Assembly (NCBI GenBank): GCA_040285855.1
Contig: JAUFOQ010000016.1
Coordinates: forward strand, 1,178,001 to 1,242,000
Origin: Eukaryota sp. GEM-RC1
Lineage: Eukaryota
Length of the DNA stretch: 64,000 bases
Direction: 5' to 3'
Shown here: in pieces, positions 1 to 12,834 of the stretch
Layout of the letters: each line of letters starts with the position of its first letter
Numbering within the stretch: the stretch's first letter is position 1
Made by a program: the position numbers and the translations under genes
Notes under the pieces: model-generated
Databases searched by the model: none
The model's input: only the letters and a program-made list of their open reading frames with translations
What the model was told of the DNA's origin: nothing

Positions 1-70
1 TATTACGCCATTACACTAACAGAAACTAGCTTTCGGAAGGATCTCTAGAACGTCACAGACACGTGGCATA

Positions 71-223
71 AAGAGTGTTAAGTCGACTTGACTTGGACTT
101 GACTTGGGATCCGAAAATCCAAGTCGACTTGGACTTGGACTCGAGTCAACTTGAACTTTGACTCAAGTCAAGTAGGAGTCAAGTCGAAACTTGGAGACTC
201 AAGTCAAGTTTTGCCCAACTCTA
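71..223. mobile_element. Degenerate MITE-like element built of GACTTG/CAAGTC subterminal repeats
   Basis: Dense GACTTG/CAAGTC repeats in both orientations. Right end reads TAGAGTTGGG on the minus strand and left end AAGAGTGTT. No TSD found. Confidence 0.45.
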
Positions 224-664
224 TTACAAAGAAAGTGCTGTTCTCGTTTAAGTCATCAATTTTCAGAATGTGTTATCAAAATATGTACAATGTAGTATTA
301 TGTATGTGCTTTACAGCACACCTAAATCCGTAAGTTCAAGTTGTATAAGGACTACTGAGTTGATGTAGAGAATTCGTCTTCTTAAATTTTGTGAATTAGT
401 ACATGCTAGTCAATTTGTACAGTTATCAAAAAGAAGTATATTTCAGATTCCGCTTGTGCTTAGATCTAATCCTAAAAACTCACAGCAAGAACTCGAAGAG
501 TTACAATGAAAAATGATAACAGTAAACGTGCTAGAAAATCAAAACGGGAAAATACATTAACAGATATACTAGAACAAATAAATTCATAAAGAAAGTCGGA
601 ACAATAAATTACTTAAATTATTGGAGATAAAGATTAACTCTTGAATTTCAACATTCACAACAAA

Positions 665-1826
665 CTACAGTTCCCAATCAGATTTAATTGGAAACAATTC
701 TTCCATCGATTCTAAGAAATACTTTTGCATTGAAGGATCACGTACATCCTCATCGTCATTAATACAAAAAGAAAGAGGTCTGAATGTTTTAATTATATCA
801 AAATAATGAGCATTTACCTCCAATTCAGAGTTGCTCCAATTCCAATACACAACTTCACTACTCGAACATTGATGATACCGAGCCTTATACTGCCTTGATG
901 ACGTTTCCAATGATCTTTGAACGTAATAATGACCCGCCAAAAAAAAGAAAATGGGGGAGTCCACTTTGAGTTCTAAAAGGGTTTTGGTTAATAATCCTAT
1001 ATGCCTTAGAGAACACCCGAGAAGTTTCCTCCAGAATGTCTTTGTTACAAGCATAAACAGAATGGGACAGTGGATACCAAGTCAAGGTGGAAGATCGAAA
1101 GGGAAGAGGGAATCTTCTTGATAGGAGACGACCCCCATTCAAGAGACCTCGTCTGTATTGATTGATTGGACGACTGAAAGTTGTTGTATCTAAATGAACC
1201 TGGAAATAACTATCAGAATCACGAATAAAGTTACTGGGGAGTGGAGAGGAAATGAAGAAGTCGTCATTCAGATAGATAAATGTGTTTGAAAGATATGGAA
1301 TCCGCCAGAGATTGCTCTCAATGGAATAGCTATTGAAAGTAGGAAGAACAGCAAAGTGGGGAAAGAACTCGTGATGATAAACAATTGTTAAATAAGGATT
1401 TGAATGATTCAACCATGAAGGGACTTGAGATGGTCCTGACAAGATAAGAAAGACGTGACGGAGCTGGGGAACGTTATGCCAGATAGATCGGAGACAATAT
1501 ACCAGTTCATTATTGGATCTGAACTGGAAGGACTCTGGCAAAGGGAGACCTAGCCTTGAAAGGGTGTCTGTACGTTGTTTCAACCAAATAGGGTCTGAAC
1601 CATTTACGAATGTGACAACTGCGTCAATTGATCCATTCGTGAAGGAAAGTTTGCCAGGAGGTAGAGATGGGTAAAGAGAAAACGAGTCAGCGTTCGATTC
1701 CTCATACGAAGAGGAAAAATTATGGTCAATAGCATCGATATCTGAATCTGACAGCAGAAGTGCAAATAGAAATGATGCAACCAAAAGAAGAAGATATCGT
1801 TGACGAACGAGTGCAGCACGGTACAT
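665..1826 (-). CDS. Stealth family hexose-1-phosphate transferase, type II membrane protein; one 1-nt frameshift near 939-962
   Basis: N-terminal TM; CR1 IDAVVTFVNGSDPIW; CR2 NELVYCLRSI...PTFNSYSIE...FIYLNDDFF. C-terminal part (GHYY...FCINDD) continues in ORF 665-1054. Confidence 0.85.
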
Positions 1827-1890
1827 TCAGGATACAAAAGAAACGTCTACATGCACTAGTAGTACAATATAGCAACGTGTAGTAAAAGAA

Positions 1891-2304
1891 AGGGGTTGTC
1901 AAATACCATATTCAACACGGTGTTGGAAAATATTCAACACGTGTTGCGTGTTGGCGCCAACACGTGTTGAATCAATTCTGAGCAGAAGAACAGAATACCT
2001 CACTTTAAGATCAACCAATGGAAAAACACATCTATTTTTCACTCATGCTACACCCCAACCAAGTTAATAAATTAGAACTGATTTTCAATGATTCCAGAAC
2101 TGATAACACGAAGAGCTCATCAATAATCCATACATTTAAGTAAACTTTGAAGTAAACTTGAACTTTCTACCTTTATTCAATATAGTTTTATCAAGAACAG
2201 TAGAAATTTACCCAAATTCATTGAAGTGACACAGAAGAATGACATATCCTACACGTGTTGAACTTCTTGAAAACACCATTCAACACGTGTTGAGGTGACT
2301 CCGA
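1891..2304. mobile_element. Degenerate TIR element with palindromic CAACACGTGTTG subterminal repeats
   Basis: AACACGTGTT clusters at 1911-1970 and 2251-2292. Related motifs at about 55184-55220 and 58812-58836. No clear TSD. Confidence 0.4.
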
Positions 2305-2575
2305 ACATAGGTCAAATACACGTTTTGGCTTTCAAACGGTATCAACTTCCTCATCTGTTTCAATATCTCCAAAATCTTTTTTAGAGTTTTAGCAGAATAT
2401 ATCATCCGCTTATATATATACATTGTGCTAGTATGTTTATAGATGTATGTTTTTCTCGTACAGTACATCAGCTATCCGCTGGTATAATCCTGTGAGATGC
2501 TAATTCAGTCAGTCATAGATTAGATGTAGAACCTTTTAATTGAATATTTGCATTTTCTCCCTTACTCTTTCCTTA

Positions 2576-3670
2576 ATGTCTGATGCCGTGGAGTTAATTG
2601 GACAACCTTCATCCCTTCCACCTCTGGTGCCAGCTTCCTACCATAACTACTCTATCTATTGCGTTACTGGTTCCTCCAATCCTGACTTAGCCAGCAGAAT
2701 TGGTGAATATCTGAATCTAGATGTCACACGTATCACTAATACCTTTGCCGATAAAGAAATCTTTGCATACTTCCCTGAATCCATCCGGGGCAAAGATGTT
2801 TACATCATCAACAGCATATCTCCTCCCGATGTTAACAAACATCTCATGGAAACACTGATCATGATCGATGCAGCTAAAAGAGCTTCAGCACAGAGAGTTA
2901 CTGCTGTAATTCCTTACTATGGTTATGCCCGACAAGATCGTAAAGAGTTTGTTATTTTTCCTCTCATTGTAGTAAAGCTAGAACACCTATTTCTGCTAAG
3001 CTAGTTGCTGATCTGCTTACAGCTTCAGGAGTGGACAGAGTGGTGGCTATGGAACTTCATAATCTCTCTATTCAAGGCTTTTTCTCTTCTAATGTTCCGC
3101 TAGACCTAATTTATAGGTTTGCATCATCCCATTGTTTATCTTAGTTGTAATATCTTTTCAACGCATCTTCAAAAACAGCCGTATTTCGAAGACATTGTTA
3201 TTGTCTCTCCCGATATTGGTGGTGTTGGAAGAGCACGAGAGGTAGCTGGTTTGTTGAATACAACTCTAGCGGTTATTGATAAAAGAAGACCAAAGCCCAA
3301 TGTTTCAGAGGTTATGAATATCATTGGAGATGTTGCAGGCAAAGTCTGTGTTTTGATTGATGATATCTGTGACACTGCTGGAACCCTGACTAAAGCAGCA
3401 GCAGCTCTTGTTGAACATGGAGCTGGTAGAGTATTTGCTTGTATTAGTCATCCTGTACTGTCGCATCCAGCGTCGGAAAGGATTGTGGAATCTTGCATTG
3501 AGAAACTAGTCGTTATTAATACTATTCGGATATCTGATGAAGTAAAGGAACAACTTGGTGATAAGTTGGAAGTTTTGTGTTGTTCAAAGCTCGTGGGTAA
3601 AGCAATTGAAGTTATTCATTTTGAAGCTTCGATGAGTACCAATCTCGATCGTTCAGAGTTGATCGTGTAG
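2576..3670 (+). CDS. PRPS: Ribose-phosphate pyrophosphokinase (class I PRPP synthetase); exons 2576-2946, 2973-3116, 3145-3670
   Basis: PYYGYARQDRK, VSPDIGG and IDDICDTAGT motifs. Removing two GT-AG introns restores RQDRKDKARTPISAKLVAD and LDLIYSCNIF. Confidence 0.95.
2947..2972 (+). other. 26-nt spliceosomal intron
   Basis: GTTTGT...CTCATTGTAG; removal restores the conserved PRPS frame. Confidence 0.92.
3117..3144 (+). other. 28-nt spliceosomal intron
   Basis: GTTTGC...TTTATCTTAG; removal joins the PRPS frames. Confidence 0.88.
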
Positions 3671-3775
3671 GAGATTGTTGTCAATTGTCATAAATTTATT
3701 TAACTTACTAATTCGTGAGTTGAGCTACAGTAGATGTTCTTGGTTGAAGATCGTAATAAGACTTGTAATGCAAAT

Positions 3776-4695
3776 CATACCTAGGAAATACAGATACACT
3801 GTATCCTGTATCTGTATCCTAACATTGATTTGTATCATGTATTCTGTATCTTGGGTATTTTGTGTATTTTCTTACAAACCCTTCAATTGAAACTGACAGA
3901 GAAGCTCCCACCAGTCTACTGCATTAATAAACAGTGTCCACAAATTGGCTTTAAGGATCAAAAGTCATCAAATGTATATCCAACTCGAAATTGTTGGATG
4001 AACACACACAATAGCATTTGTTTATTTCCTTATTCCTCAATGTTTATATGTCCTTTCCAATCATCTCTCTGATGTGAAAACAACACCTCATTTTGGTGTA
4101 CCGAAGAATAATTTAAAGAAGGAGGGAAACCTCATTATAACAGGAAAAGAAGTTTTTCGAATAACAGTCACACACTGATAATAACTGAGTTTTGAAGTAA
4201 TTTACATCCTTAGACATTAACTGACATTAAAATAGATGTATCTGTGAGACCTTTGGGTACAACGGGAAAAGAAGCGATTGTTATAAATAAAATATAAGGA
4301 CTCAACATATGTTTAACTAATCGAGAGAAATAGAAAGCATATTCCTGTAAATGGAAAACACTCTACGGTTTTTTCATTCAGCCATTCTACGCTTACGCTT
4401 CTTTTCTTTACACAGCTCTTCGAAATCCTTGAACAAATGATCACCAGCAGGACTAATCGATCCACAAAGAGAAACATCAAATGGTTGAAACACAAATTTG
4501 GAATACATGGGATACAATATAAATTGAACTGTGTTTATGATACAAACTTGTCTAACAACAATCAGAAGTACAATACCAAGTCGACAGTCGAATCTTGTGA
4601 CTAATGATGTCTTTGTATCTGTATCTGTATTTTTGTATCTGTATTCTGTATTTGTATCTGTATTTGGAAATGTTTTCGTGTATTTCCTAGGTATG
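3776..4695. mobile_element. Non-autonomous hAT-like element
   Basis: TIRs CATACCTAGGAAATAC / GTATTTCCTAGGTATG; 8-bp TSD ATGCAAAT (3768-3775, 4696-4703); TGTATC subterminal repeats. Confidence 0.9.
4312..4505 (-). mobile_element. 3' fragment of CRE-like non-LTR retrotransposon nested in the hAT-like element
   Basis: YSKFVFQPFDVSLCGSISPAGDHLFKD, near-identical to the copy at 11505-12605. Confidence 0.8.
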
Positions 4696-4749
4696 ATGCA
4701 AATCGCAAATTCTGTTTTTAGTTGAGCACCTGCCAACTTACCTTCTTAC

Positions 4750-6007
4750 TCTATCTCGATAAAAGAGCTTATCTCGTCGTGCACAGCTTGAGCTAAAAGG
4801 CATTTACGACTATAGAGAACTTAGCAAAGAAGCTAAGAAATCGTTTTTCCTCGACCGTTCTCATGCTGACTTCTCTCTCCCCTTGTTGAGTTCTATGAAA
4901 CTAAACAAATGGGTAGAGGTGTTAGAGCTAAGTCCGACATTGACAGGGTACTAATTATGGGTGGTAAGGCTTTTGCTGCTCATACTATCTATCAGGAGCC
5001 CTCAGTGACGATGAAGTTAAACCCGTATGACAACTATGCTGATGGTTGTAGTGGAACCATGGTAGTGGAAAAGACTATCGAGAAACTTGCTTCATTGCCC
5101 ACGGATTCACCATTACGACGAAAGTTCTTTGATCTTGCAAGTGGAAAGTCTTTAGAATCAAGTACTGGTCAATTTAACATTGAGGTCATTGAACAAACAA
5201 CAAGAACTAATTGGTTTCAGATTTCCAATGATGATCACAGTGAAAGTTCTGCTGGTAGCGAAGGCTGTGGACTTTTTCTAGATCAATCCTTGTTTAATCA
5301 CTCGTGTGCTCCTAATTGTTCTTATATCTTGAGCTGTTTATTTGTTATGTTGATCCTCTTCTTCCATTTTCCAAAAGAAGCAAAGTTCTGGAAAATTTTA
5401 ATTCTGGAAGTGGTTTTGTTTGTCAGTGTGGACGTTGTTGTTTAACGAGAAAGGACAAATCTTTAATCACTGATGAACAATCCTTTTTGATCTTCTACAA
5501 ATGGTTATTAATGATAACTCAAAAAGTTCGCTGAAAAAACAATATCGTCTACTCAGTAGAACTAGAAGATCTCAATTAATCTCCAAAATGGAAACGTCAC
5601 CAAACTGTTTAAAGGTTGGGTACCTCAGTCTTCATCGAGCTGAAGCCTTTACTTTGATGAGACAAGATTTAGAAAGAGAATGTATATTGTTACTTCAAAA
5701 GTACATTTCTGTTCATAAGCAGAATGGATTGGATGGGCTTCATCACCTCGTTTCTCATCCAATGGCTGTTAGATCTGATCTTTTACTTTATTATTTACAT
5801 AATTCCTCTCATATGAAAGATTTGATTGACATTCTCAAAGGGTTTAAGAAATTAGCTTGGTTACGTGATCAGTCTGATGACTTTATCATTGACTTCATTA
5901 GTAAACACTCTGGTGTTTCAGTTGAAACTCTGTGTGTTATGGGTTTGAAGAGGTTGTTGTCTTCTGTCCCTACATTTGATGTAAACACATTCAGTTTTAC
6001 CATGTAA
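4750..6007 (+). pseudogene. SET-domain (SMYD-like) methyltransferase, probably pseudogenised
   Basis: GRGVRA, GLFLDQSLFNHSCAPNC, ELFICY and FVCQCGRC in different frames. The segment normally between NHSCxPN and ELxIxY is missing, and a TE sits at the 5' end. Confidence 0.65.
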
Positions 6008-6163
6008 TTCTGGTTTGTTTGATGAATAAAAGTGCTAGTGTTGTTTTACTATTCTGCTATGACCAACTAGAAGTTGTTGATCAAACTCAATTTCATCACC
6101 AATAGTAGAGTTCATCTAATATCAGCTTACATCAGCTCTTTATTCATGCAAGCATACTGCAAG

Positions 6164-7486
6164 CAGTGATGTACAAAAAATAGCGTACCGTACACTATTT
6201 GCCGTACACTACCGTAAAATTCGGTACGACACTATACTCGGTATCCGTAAAATACGGTAAATGTAAAAATACGGAATTTATTTACGGCAAATGTTACCGT
6301 AGTGAGAATATAAAACACTCTATTTGTACACTCCGTAAATCGAAACATCAAAGCATTCTTGATCATTTTGATCAGTTCTGTAACAACTGAGCCATTCTAT
6401 GTCGCCCTAGTACTTGAAAGAAGAGAATTGACTGGGTCGGATACACGACAAGAGCTGAAATACTCAGAAGCTGGTACAACCTTATTGTTGTTATTAATCA
6501 AATGTGATAATCCTGCTAAGACAACTTGAAAAACCGTATTATGTTGATCATCGTCATCGTTTGAAGTGGACACCTTTAAGACGTCAACTTTTTCTTCTCT
6601 ACATAGAAACTGCTGGACACTGTTGAAACGGTTCTGCATGCAGGTCATTCAGAAGAATATTAGCAGACCTATTCTGATTAGTGATGGATCACGGCTTTGA
6701 TCTTTATTTGCTCTTAGTTTTTGTAGTTTCAATTATAAAGGAATTTTCCGTATTTTCATTGTTCTCACTTCGTTTCAAACTTGCCGTAAAGTACGGCAAA
6801 TGTAAAAATACGGAAATAAATTACGGCAAAGTTGAAAAGGTACCATATTTACGGCCAGGCTTCACTAAAGTAGTAAAGTGATAAAGTGACTTTACTTTAC
6901 TTTACTTTACCTTACTTTAAAATTTCGGAACGGTAAAGTGACAAACCTCAATCTTGTTTATTTTGTTTTCTGAGCACAGCAAATAACTCTTTGACACCAA
7001 AAGTACACTATTATACATGTTTTATTGTAGAAACTCACCAAAAACTGGAATGTAAAAATGGAAAGTGGGCAATGGGTGAGCGCTTAAGAATATATCATTT
7101 TCATTATGGATCAACTTGGACCACATCTTCATATGGGTTCACTTCTTCAACTTGGACCACATCTTCTTCATTCTCTTCTAGATCTTCATCAGACACTTCT
7201 TGGTCATCATCCTCAAATACAAAGACCACTTCATCTGCTGGTTGCTAGTCGAAGAACTGATTTGAAGGAGCTGTTCGGAAGGAAGGAATGTCATGGAAAT
7301 CTATTTTCAATTTTCAGGAGAGAATGTATGGGAGAGGAATTGAGATTGGATCCAACTTTAATGTCCTTAAAGTAACTTTATTTATCAAAGTAAAGTAAAG
7401 CTTAAAGTAAAGTAAAGTACTTTAATTTTGAATTTTGGACTACTTTAGTGAAGCCTGTTTACGGCTACTATTTTTGTACATCACTG
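6164..7486. mobile_element. Non-autonomous hAT-like element (outer)
   Basis: TIRs CAGTGATGTACAAAAA / TTTTTGTACATCACTG; 8-bp TSD ACTGCAAG (6156-6163, 7487-7494); CCGTA/TACGG subterminal repeats. Confidence 0.92.
6856..7457. mobile_element. Nested hAT-like element (inner)
   Basis: TIRs CAGGCTTCACTAAAGTAGT / ACTACTTTAGTGAAGCCTG; 8-bp TSD TTTACGGC (6848-6855, 7458-7465); TAAAG repeats; stop-interrupted acidic coding relic on the minus strand. Confidence 0.92.
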
Positions 7487-7668
7487 ACTGCAAGTCTCCA
7501 GCAAAGACAAGATTATACAACAGGGTTAGGTTGTTTACTAGTATACAGACTAGTAATTGAAAAAACTCAAAGTTCATTTAGATGATTACTTAAAGAAAGG
7601 TCCATGAGTTGCAGTATCTGAGAGGGGGAACAATAAATATTTATAAATCAAATACAAAAACTATCTAA

Positions 7669-9610
7669 TTAGACAACATTTCCGGCTAACAATTTTCGTT
7701 CATAAGTCTTCTTTTCTTGACATCCCCAAATCCAACAAACGGCAATCAAAACAATACAGAGAGCAGCAACAATACCCATTAAAAGATAGATACCAGCCTT
7801 GGATGCAAATTGGTAGTCCTCAAACTTACAGGCTTCAAAAGCACCCATGTTGTCTCCAGCGACACACTTGTCAAATTGCTTACACCATCCACAAGACTTA
7901 GCTTCAAAGCAAGAATCTACGTCAAGTCCAATACACTGTTCAACGGGTCCAAACATTAACCAATCAAAGTTGAAAACTTCAGGAACACCTTCATGAGGAA
8001 CATGGAAAGATTTCTCTTTCTTGTCTTCCCATTCAGTGAAGTTCCAGACAGGAGCCTTGTGAGAGGTGGTGGGACCAGCAATAGCATGGAACCACATGTG
8101 TTCAATAGTTCGTTGGTCAACAATCTTGACATCAAGAGCACCAAAAGCCTTTTGGATCTTTTCGTCTTTGCGGAGATCGTATCTTGAGGAAATAGCGAAT
8201 GCATTGAAGTCTGCTTCCTCTTCTTCGCGGTTGTTGTATCTCATAAGTTCCTTCATTCCAGCTAAGTTGTCAACTTCAATTGCTTCACGAGCAAAAGTCT
8301 TGCCACGGCCAGCGGTATCCCATCCAGACCATAAAGAATTGGTCAGGTTGGCGAGCTTTCTGGTTGCGAGAAGAGATGGAGTATTATATGATGGAATATA
8401 TCCTTGAGATTCCAATTGAGTGGAATTGTCATTCTTGAAAACATGTCCTGGAATTTGTTCGATAACAGTGACAAGGCCTTCTTTGGGAGGGGAGACCGGG
8501 GGTAAACTTCTTGTAGTCAATGTAGACCCACATGTTGTTATAAGTTCCAGAATTGTAACGACCGAATACAGTTCCCCAATGGTCACCGTCTTTAGCCATT
8601 CTGTTGGAAACAACAACACGTAACCATGTAGGAATGGTTTCAGGGACGATGTACTTTTCGAGAGTCTTGTTGTCTGAGTGGTGGGTGGTTTCAAATACAG
8701 CGACTTTGTCTTCCAAAACGTAGAAATCATCAAATGAGAAAAGGAATCCTGGATAAGAAGAGAAAGATAGCTTGCTTCTTTGAGTTCCGGTGGTTGTTAA
8801 TTCAAAGTTGTAGACCTTTAAGACGCGAGACATAGATCCATAGCTGATGTGAGAATTTCCAACAATACATACAAGAACCAGGCAACTTGACTGACATAAA
8901 GTTGAGTGTAATCAGACGTGAGACGGACAAGTGCTGAGCAATGTTCGAACATAGTTTCCTCCAGATGTGCAGGCATTTTGACCTTAAACTTGCTGAGGAT
9001 TTCCATGACATCACCAAAGGCTTGATATTCCCATAATTGATACTCAGTAAGATACTGAGGACACTTGTTCTTGGGGCATGCAAAGTGATAACCTTCAACG
9101 AGACCGTCAAATTGAGCAACAACAAGGGCGACCTGGGCCCAGTAGCTATCTACCAGTTTGTACTTGTTGATGTTTTCGCGGATGAAAACGAGATTTTCAG
9201 CCAAGAAGTTGCGAACATCATCTGTGAAAGTTTCTTCCTCTAAGGTTAATAGAATAAAAGCACAAACCTTTTTGGTAAGCAAGGTAATTCTTTCTGTGGA
9301 GGAAAAGTGGCATCCACTGGAGAGTACCTTCAAGATAACCAGCAGCTCTGACTTGAACAGAGTCGGTGAAATCTTTGTTGGTATAGACCTAAAGTGAACA
9401 TAACAAAGCACATACGTGAAACTTGGACCATCCCTCCTCTAAAAGAGTTTCTTCCCAACGAGCATACGCAGTTACATCTTCAAGTGATGGAGCTTTGTCA
9501 TGGGATTTAAAAGTAAAACTGTCAGTTTCGATGTCATACTGGACTGAGCCGTATTCCACCTTGGCCGACACTATAACGGCAAGGACTATAAACAGTAAGA
9601 AGAGGCGCAT
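7669..9610 (-). CDS. Phospholipase B-like (PLBD family Ntn hydrolase) with signal peptide and C-terminal Cys-rich domain plus TM; 3 introns and a 1-nt frameshift near 8489-8492
   Basis: Spliced reading gives AAGYLEG, EHCSALV, SFSSYPG, DDFY, VFETT, YNSGTYNNMW, MRYNN, AISSRYDL, GALDVK and AIAGPT. Confidence 0.92.
8844..8872 (-). other. 29-nt spliceosomal intron
   Basis: GTATGT...CTCACATCAG; removal gives VAWFFYGSMSRVLK. Confidence 0.88.
9240..9267 (-). other. 28-nt spliceosomal intron
   Basis: GTTTGT...TTAACCTTAG; removal joins YQK to EEETFTDD. Confidence 0.85.
9389..9415 (-). other. 27-nt spliceosomal intron
   Basis: GTATGT...TTCACTTTAG; contains an in-frame stop; removal gives WSKFHVYTNKDF. 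Confidence 0.88.
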
Positions 9611-10556
9611 GAAAGTGAAGGAATTGTCTTCAACACCTCACACCAATCAATTTTGTTACTGGACCTGACTGACTCCTTTTGATGTGTTTACGATAGAACA
9701 GTAAATCATAGATTTCTCCCAAATTACATATGCGCAAGAAAATAAAAACAGCTATATAGACGAAAAGGACATCAACAAAAATCAAAATAGCATCTGCAAA
9801 ACAACAGACACCGAATGTACCTGCTCAAGCACAGTTCTTCTCACTTGATGATGGTGAAAAGGTACTATTTTGTTCTATTTCTAGTGTATGGGCAGTAGGA
9901 TACCTTCCTGTTATCGTTTTATTGCCAGATTGAAGTGCAAAAGAGTCCACTGTGTTAATACAAAAGTCGCAAATGCTTGGTCTTACTAATTATTACATTT
10001 CGTAGTGTTACATGAAACATTATCAATCCCACGTACTTCTGATAAAAACCGCTAGCCACAAAATATTTCCATGATTAAAGAAGTGTTCTTGTAGTTTCTA
10101 TTTGAATTTGAATTTGAAGTGTGGCTTGTTAAAGTTAAAAATGTAGTAATTTTTTTATCTAAACTTCTGTCACGTTGATGGATGTTGTTGTTCATCATAT
10201 AGGACCAATACCAATTATTGATTGGGGTCGAAAATTAGAATAGTAATGTTAGTGCAATAAATTGTTACCAGTCCCACCCGAAACATGGCAAAATTTTTGT
10301 GGAAACACGTTTCTATTTCTGAATCGTTCCAAAAACAAAACTCAAGTGCATAAAAAGTCAAATTAAATGAAACATACTTTTCAACAAATTGACAGTAATT
10401 ATCAAGTTTTGGAAAGGGTCGTTTGTTGACGTTTCGGACTAGGATGTGTTTCTACAGAAACGGAAACGTCGAAAACGTTGAAACGGTTCATGTAATAGTA
10501 GCTCTTTTTCAGTCTACTAGTAGGAGGTTTTTTCCAATCCAATTCAAAGAACGTTG

Positions 10557-11068
10557 ATGTCCAAAACAGTCTCATCTTTGCTTGTTCTGCTCAACCTCAT
10601 TTGTTGTTCTTCCTTTGCTTTTAGTGGCACAGTTACAGCCATTGTTTTGGGTCTTGTATCTACTTTATCCTTAACTCTACTGGCATTTGTTTGTTATACT
10701 TCACGATCATCTTCCAGTTTCAGTCGCTACACCTATCTCTCTGTACGTCCTTTTGTAATGTGGGGATCAGTTTGTGTCTTCTCTACTATTCTGTTTGTCA
10801 TTCTTCGTTTTGTTCTATCATCTTTTCAGTATTCACTTGGATATATATCGCTGGCAATAGTTCAACAGCTATCAGCTGCCGTTTTCTCTGGGTTGTTCTT
10901 AAATTGGATGGTGTCTACATCGTAGTGTTGCCGTTTACTTCCTTCAAAAAGGAAACTATTCAATATTTATTCTTTATTCTGGTGATGTATAATGCTTTTA
11001 AGTTTCTGGAGATCTATCTTTGTCCATCAGTACCACGTGTTCTCTGTCTGTGTCTTTCAATCACGTAA
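10557..11068 (+). pseudogene. Hydrophobic multi-pass membrane protein fragment, disrupted
   Basis: 123-aa hydrophobic ORF followed by stops and frame changes; no recognisable family. Confidence 0.3.
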
Positions 11069-11504
11069 TCACCACCTCTCATCGTCAGAATACGCCTCGT
11101 CATTTGTTTTCCGTGTCTCAATCAATTTGTCATTGAGGGCCTAATATATTTGAAAGGGTTACCGCTCATTTGTTTGCTTTGTTTGTAAATTAGGGTCCGT
11201 GACAGTAATTCTCCGTCTATCTTGTACATTACTTGCTACTAAAAGAACTGTTTCATTTTTTTGTATGACAGAACTTCTGTCGATTGATGTGGGTTTTTTG
11301 TTGTTCGTCGTTGACTTCCCTTGACTTAACCTTACCAAAGTGACAAATGACCAATCGAATAGTACAGACTCGCTCGGTTTTCAGTTCATGTCATTTGTTT
11401 AATACCATAAAGATTAAAACCAATACTGTACATTTATTCGGCACCCAATAAGGTAACCTTCCTACAAACTATGAAATTGTAAAAACAAACAAATAATACT
11501 AAGA

Positions 11505-12605
11505 TTAAATCCAAACGACTTCATCACCACCCGGTAAAAGATTACGTTTATCAACATTAGCCTTCACACCAAACTTGTACAATTTCTCAATTAATCTAGA
11601 GAAATAGAAAGGCATATTCCGATATACGGAAAACACAATACGGTTGTTCCATTCAGCCATTCTAAACTTACGCTTCTTTTCTTTACACAAGTCTTCGCAA
11701 TCCTTGAAAAATTGATCACCAGCAGGACTAATAGATCCAAAAAGAGAAACAGCAAAAGGTTGAAACACAAATTTGGAATATGAGTTTCGATTTAATTCTT
11801 CAACTTGAGAGTCATACTTGGAGTGTTTGAGCTTTTCACCAGCTGTTAATGAATTAAAAGAAGAATCTAATATCCTACTAACACAAGATTTGTTACATAC
11901 ATCTACTGTAGTAAAATCCATTAATGATTGACTCGATTTAAGCCAAGCAGTATGTAGATCCCCTCTTTTTGATCAGTAAATTCATTTTCTGAAAGATGAT
12001 TCAAAACTGGTTCAACTTTAGAGTGAAAACCATGTGCTTTAAACAATGAATAACAAGAATCACGTACACCATCATGAATTACTGCACGTAGATGAATAAA
12101 ATAGCGACAATTAATTAAATGACGAAAAACACCATTAGCTCGACAAGAGCAAGTTGAATAGTTTAATAAATTTGCAGGCCAAATAGCCAAACGAAGACGC
12201 ATATTGATCATCCAAGCTTCATCAGATAGATGTAATCCATACACCTTTGGAATTTGAGAAATAAATCCAGAAGGACCACTATTACAAAGATCGATTAAAA
12301 AAGCAGCGAACTCGGGACTGTTAGTTTTAGCCAAGCTTTTACGATTATTTAAGTCCAAGAGTTCAAACTCCTTTGTCAATTTATTTTGCAGCTTACATAC
12401 AGCAGACGGTAGAGATGAAATATTTTTTAAATGAGTCTCCTTCAAATGAGCAGGGAACAAAGATTCCCACATTTCAGTAGACAAGGATGATACCAAATCT
12501 TTAGCAGATTGAATCCAACGGCAATTACTGGAATTCAACAGACTGATTCCATCCAAGGGAAACCGTTTCAAAAATTCAAACATAAAATTCTTAACACCTC
12601 CTAAA
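11505..12605 (-). mobile_element. 5'-truncated non-LTR retrotransposon, CRE/RLE type (Cys/His knuckle plus restriction-like endonuclease)
   Basis: MRLRL, CSC...HLINC, IHDGVRD, KVEP, (K)RGD, DFTTV, EKLKHSKY and FQPFAVSLFG in the order typical of CRE-clade C-termini. Confidence 0.85.
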
Positions 12606-12834
12606 AGAAAGATAAAAATGTATTATAAAGTAAACATCCAAGTTACAGTATATTCCTGGTTATACATTGTTGGGGTACATCAATGTTCTATTCCCCATGT
12701 TGTTTCAATGTTTTAGAAACATCACTTAAGAGTTAATACACAATATTTACTGGGACTTCAAGTGCTGAATCATATTTGTAATTCCATAGTGACTAAATTC
12801 CTCTTCTTTGGGCACTTACTAGTACGCTCTTAGT

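Noticed and set aside
71..7457. Short repeat clusters (GACTTG, AACACGTGTT, TGTATC, TACGG, TAAAG) considered as CRISPR arrays or telomeric repeats
   Set aside because: No regular repeat-spacer period, and they sit at TIR element ends as subterminal repeats.
10280..10494. GAAACG-repeat region as a discrete MITE
   Set aside because: No matching second TIR or TSD could be established.
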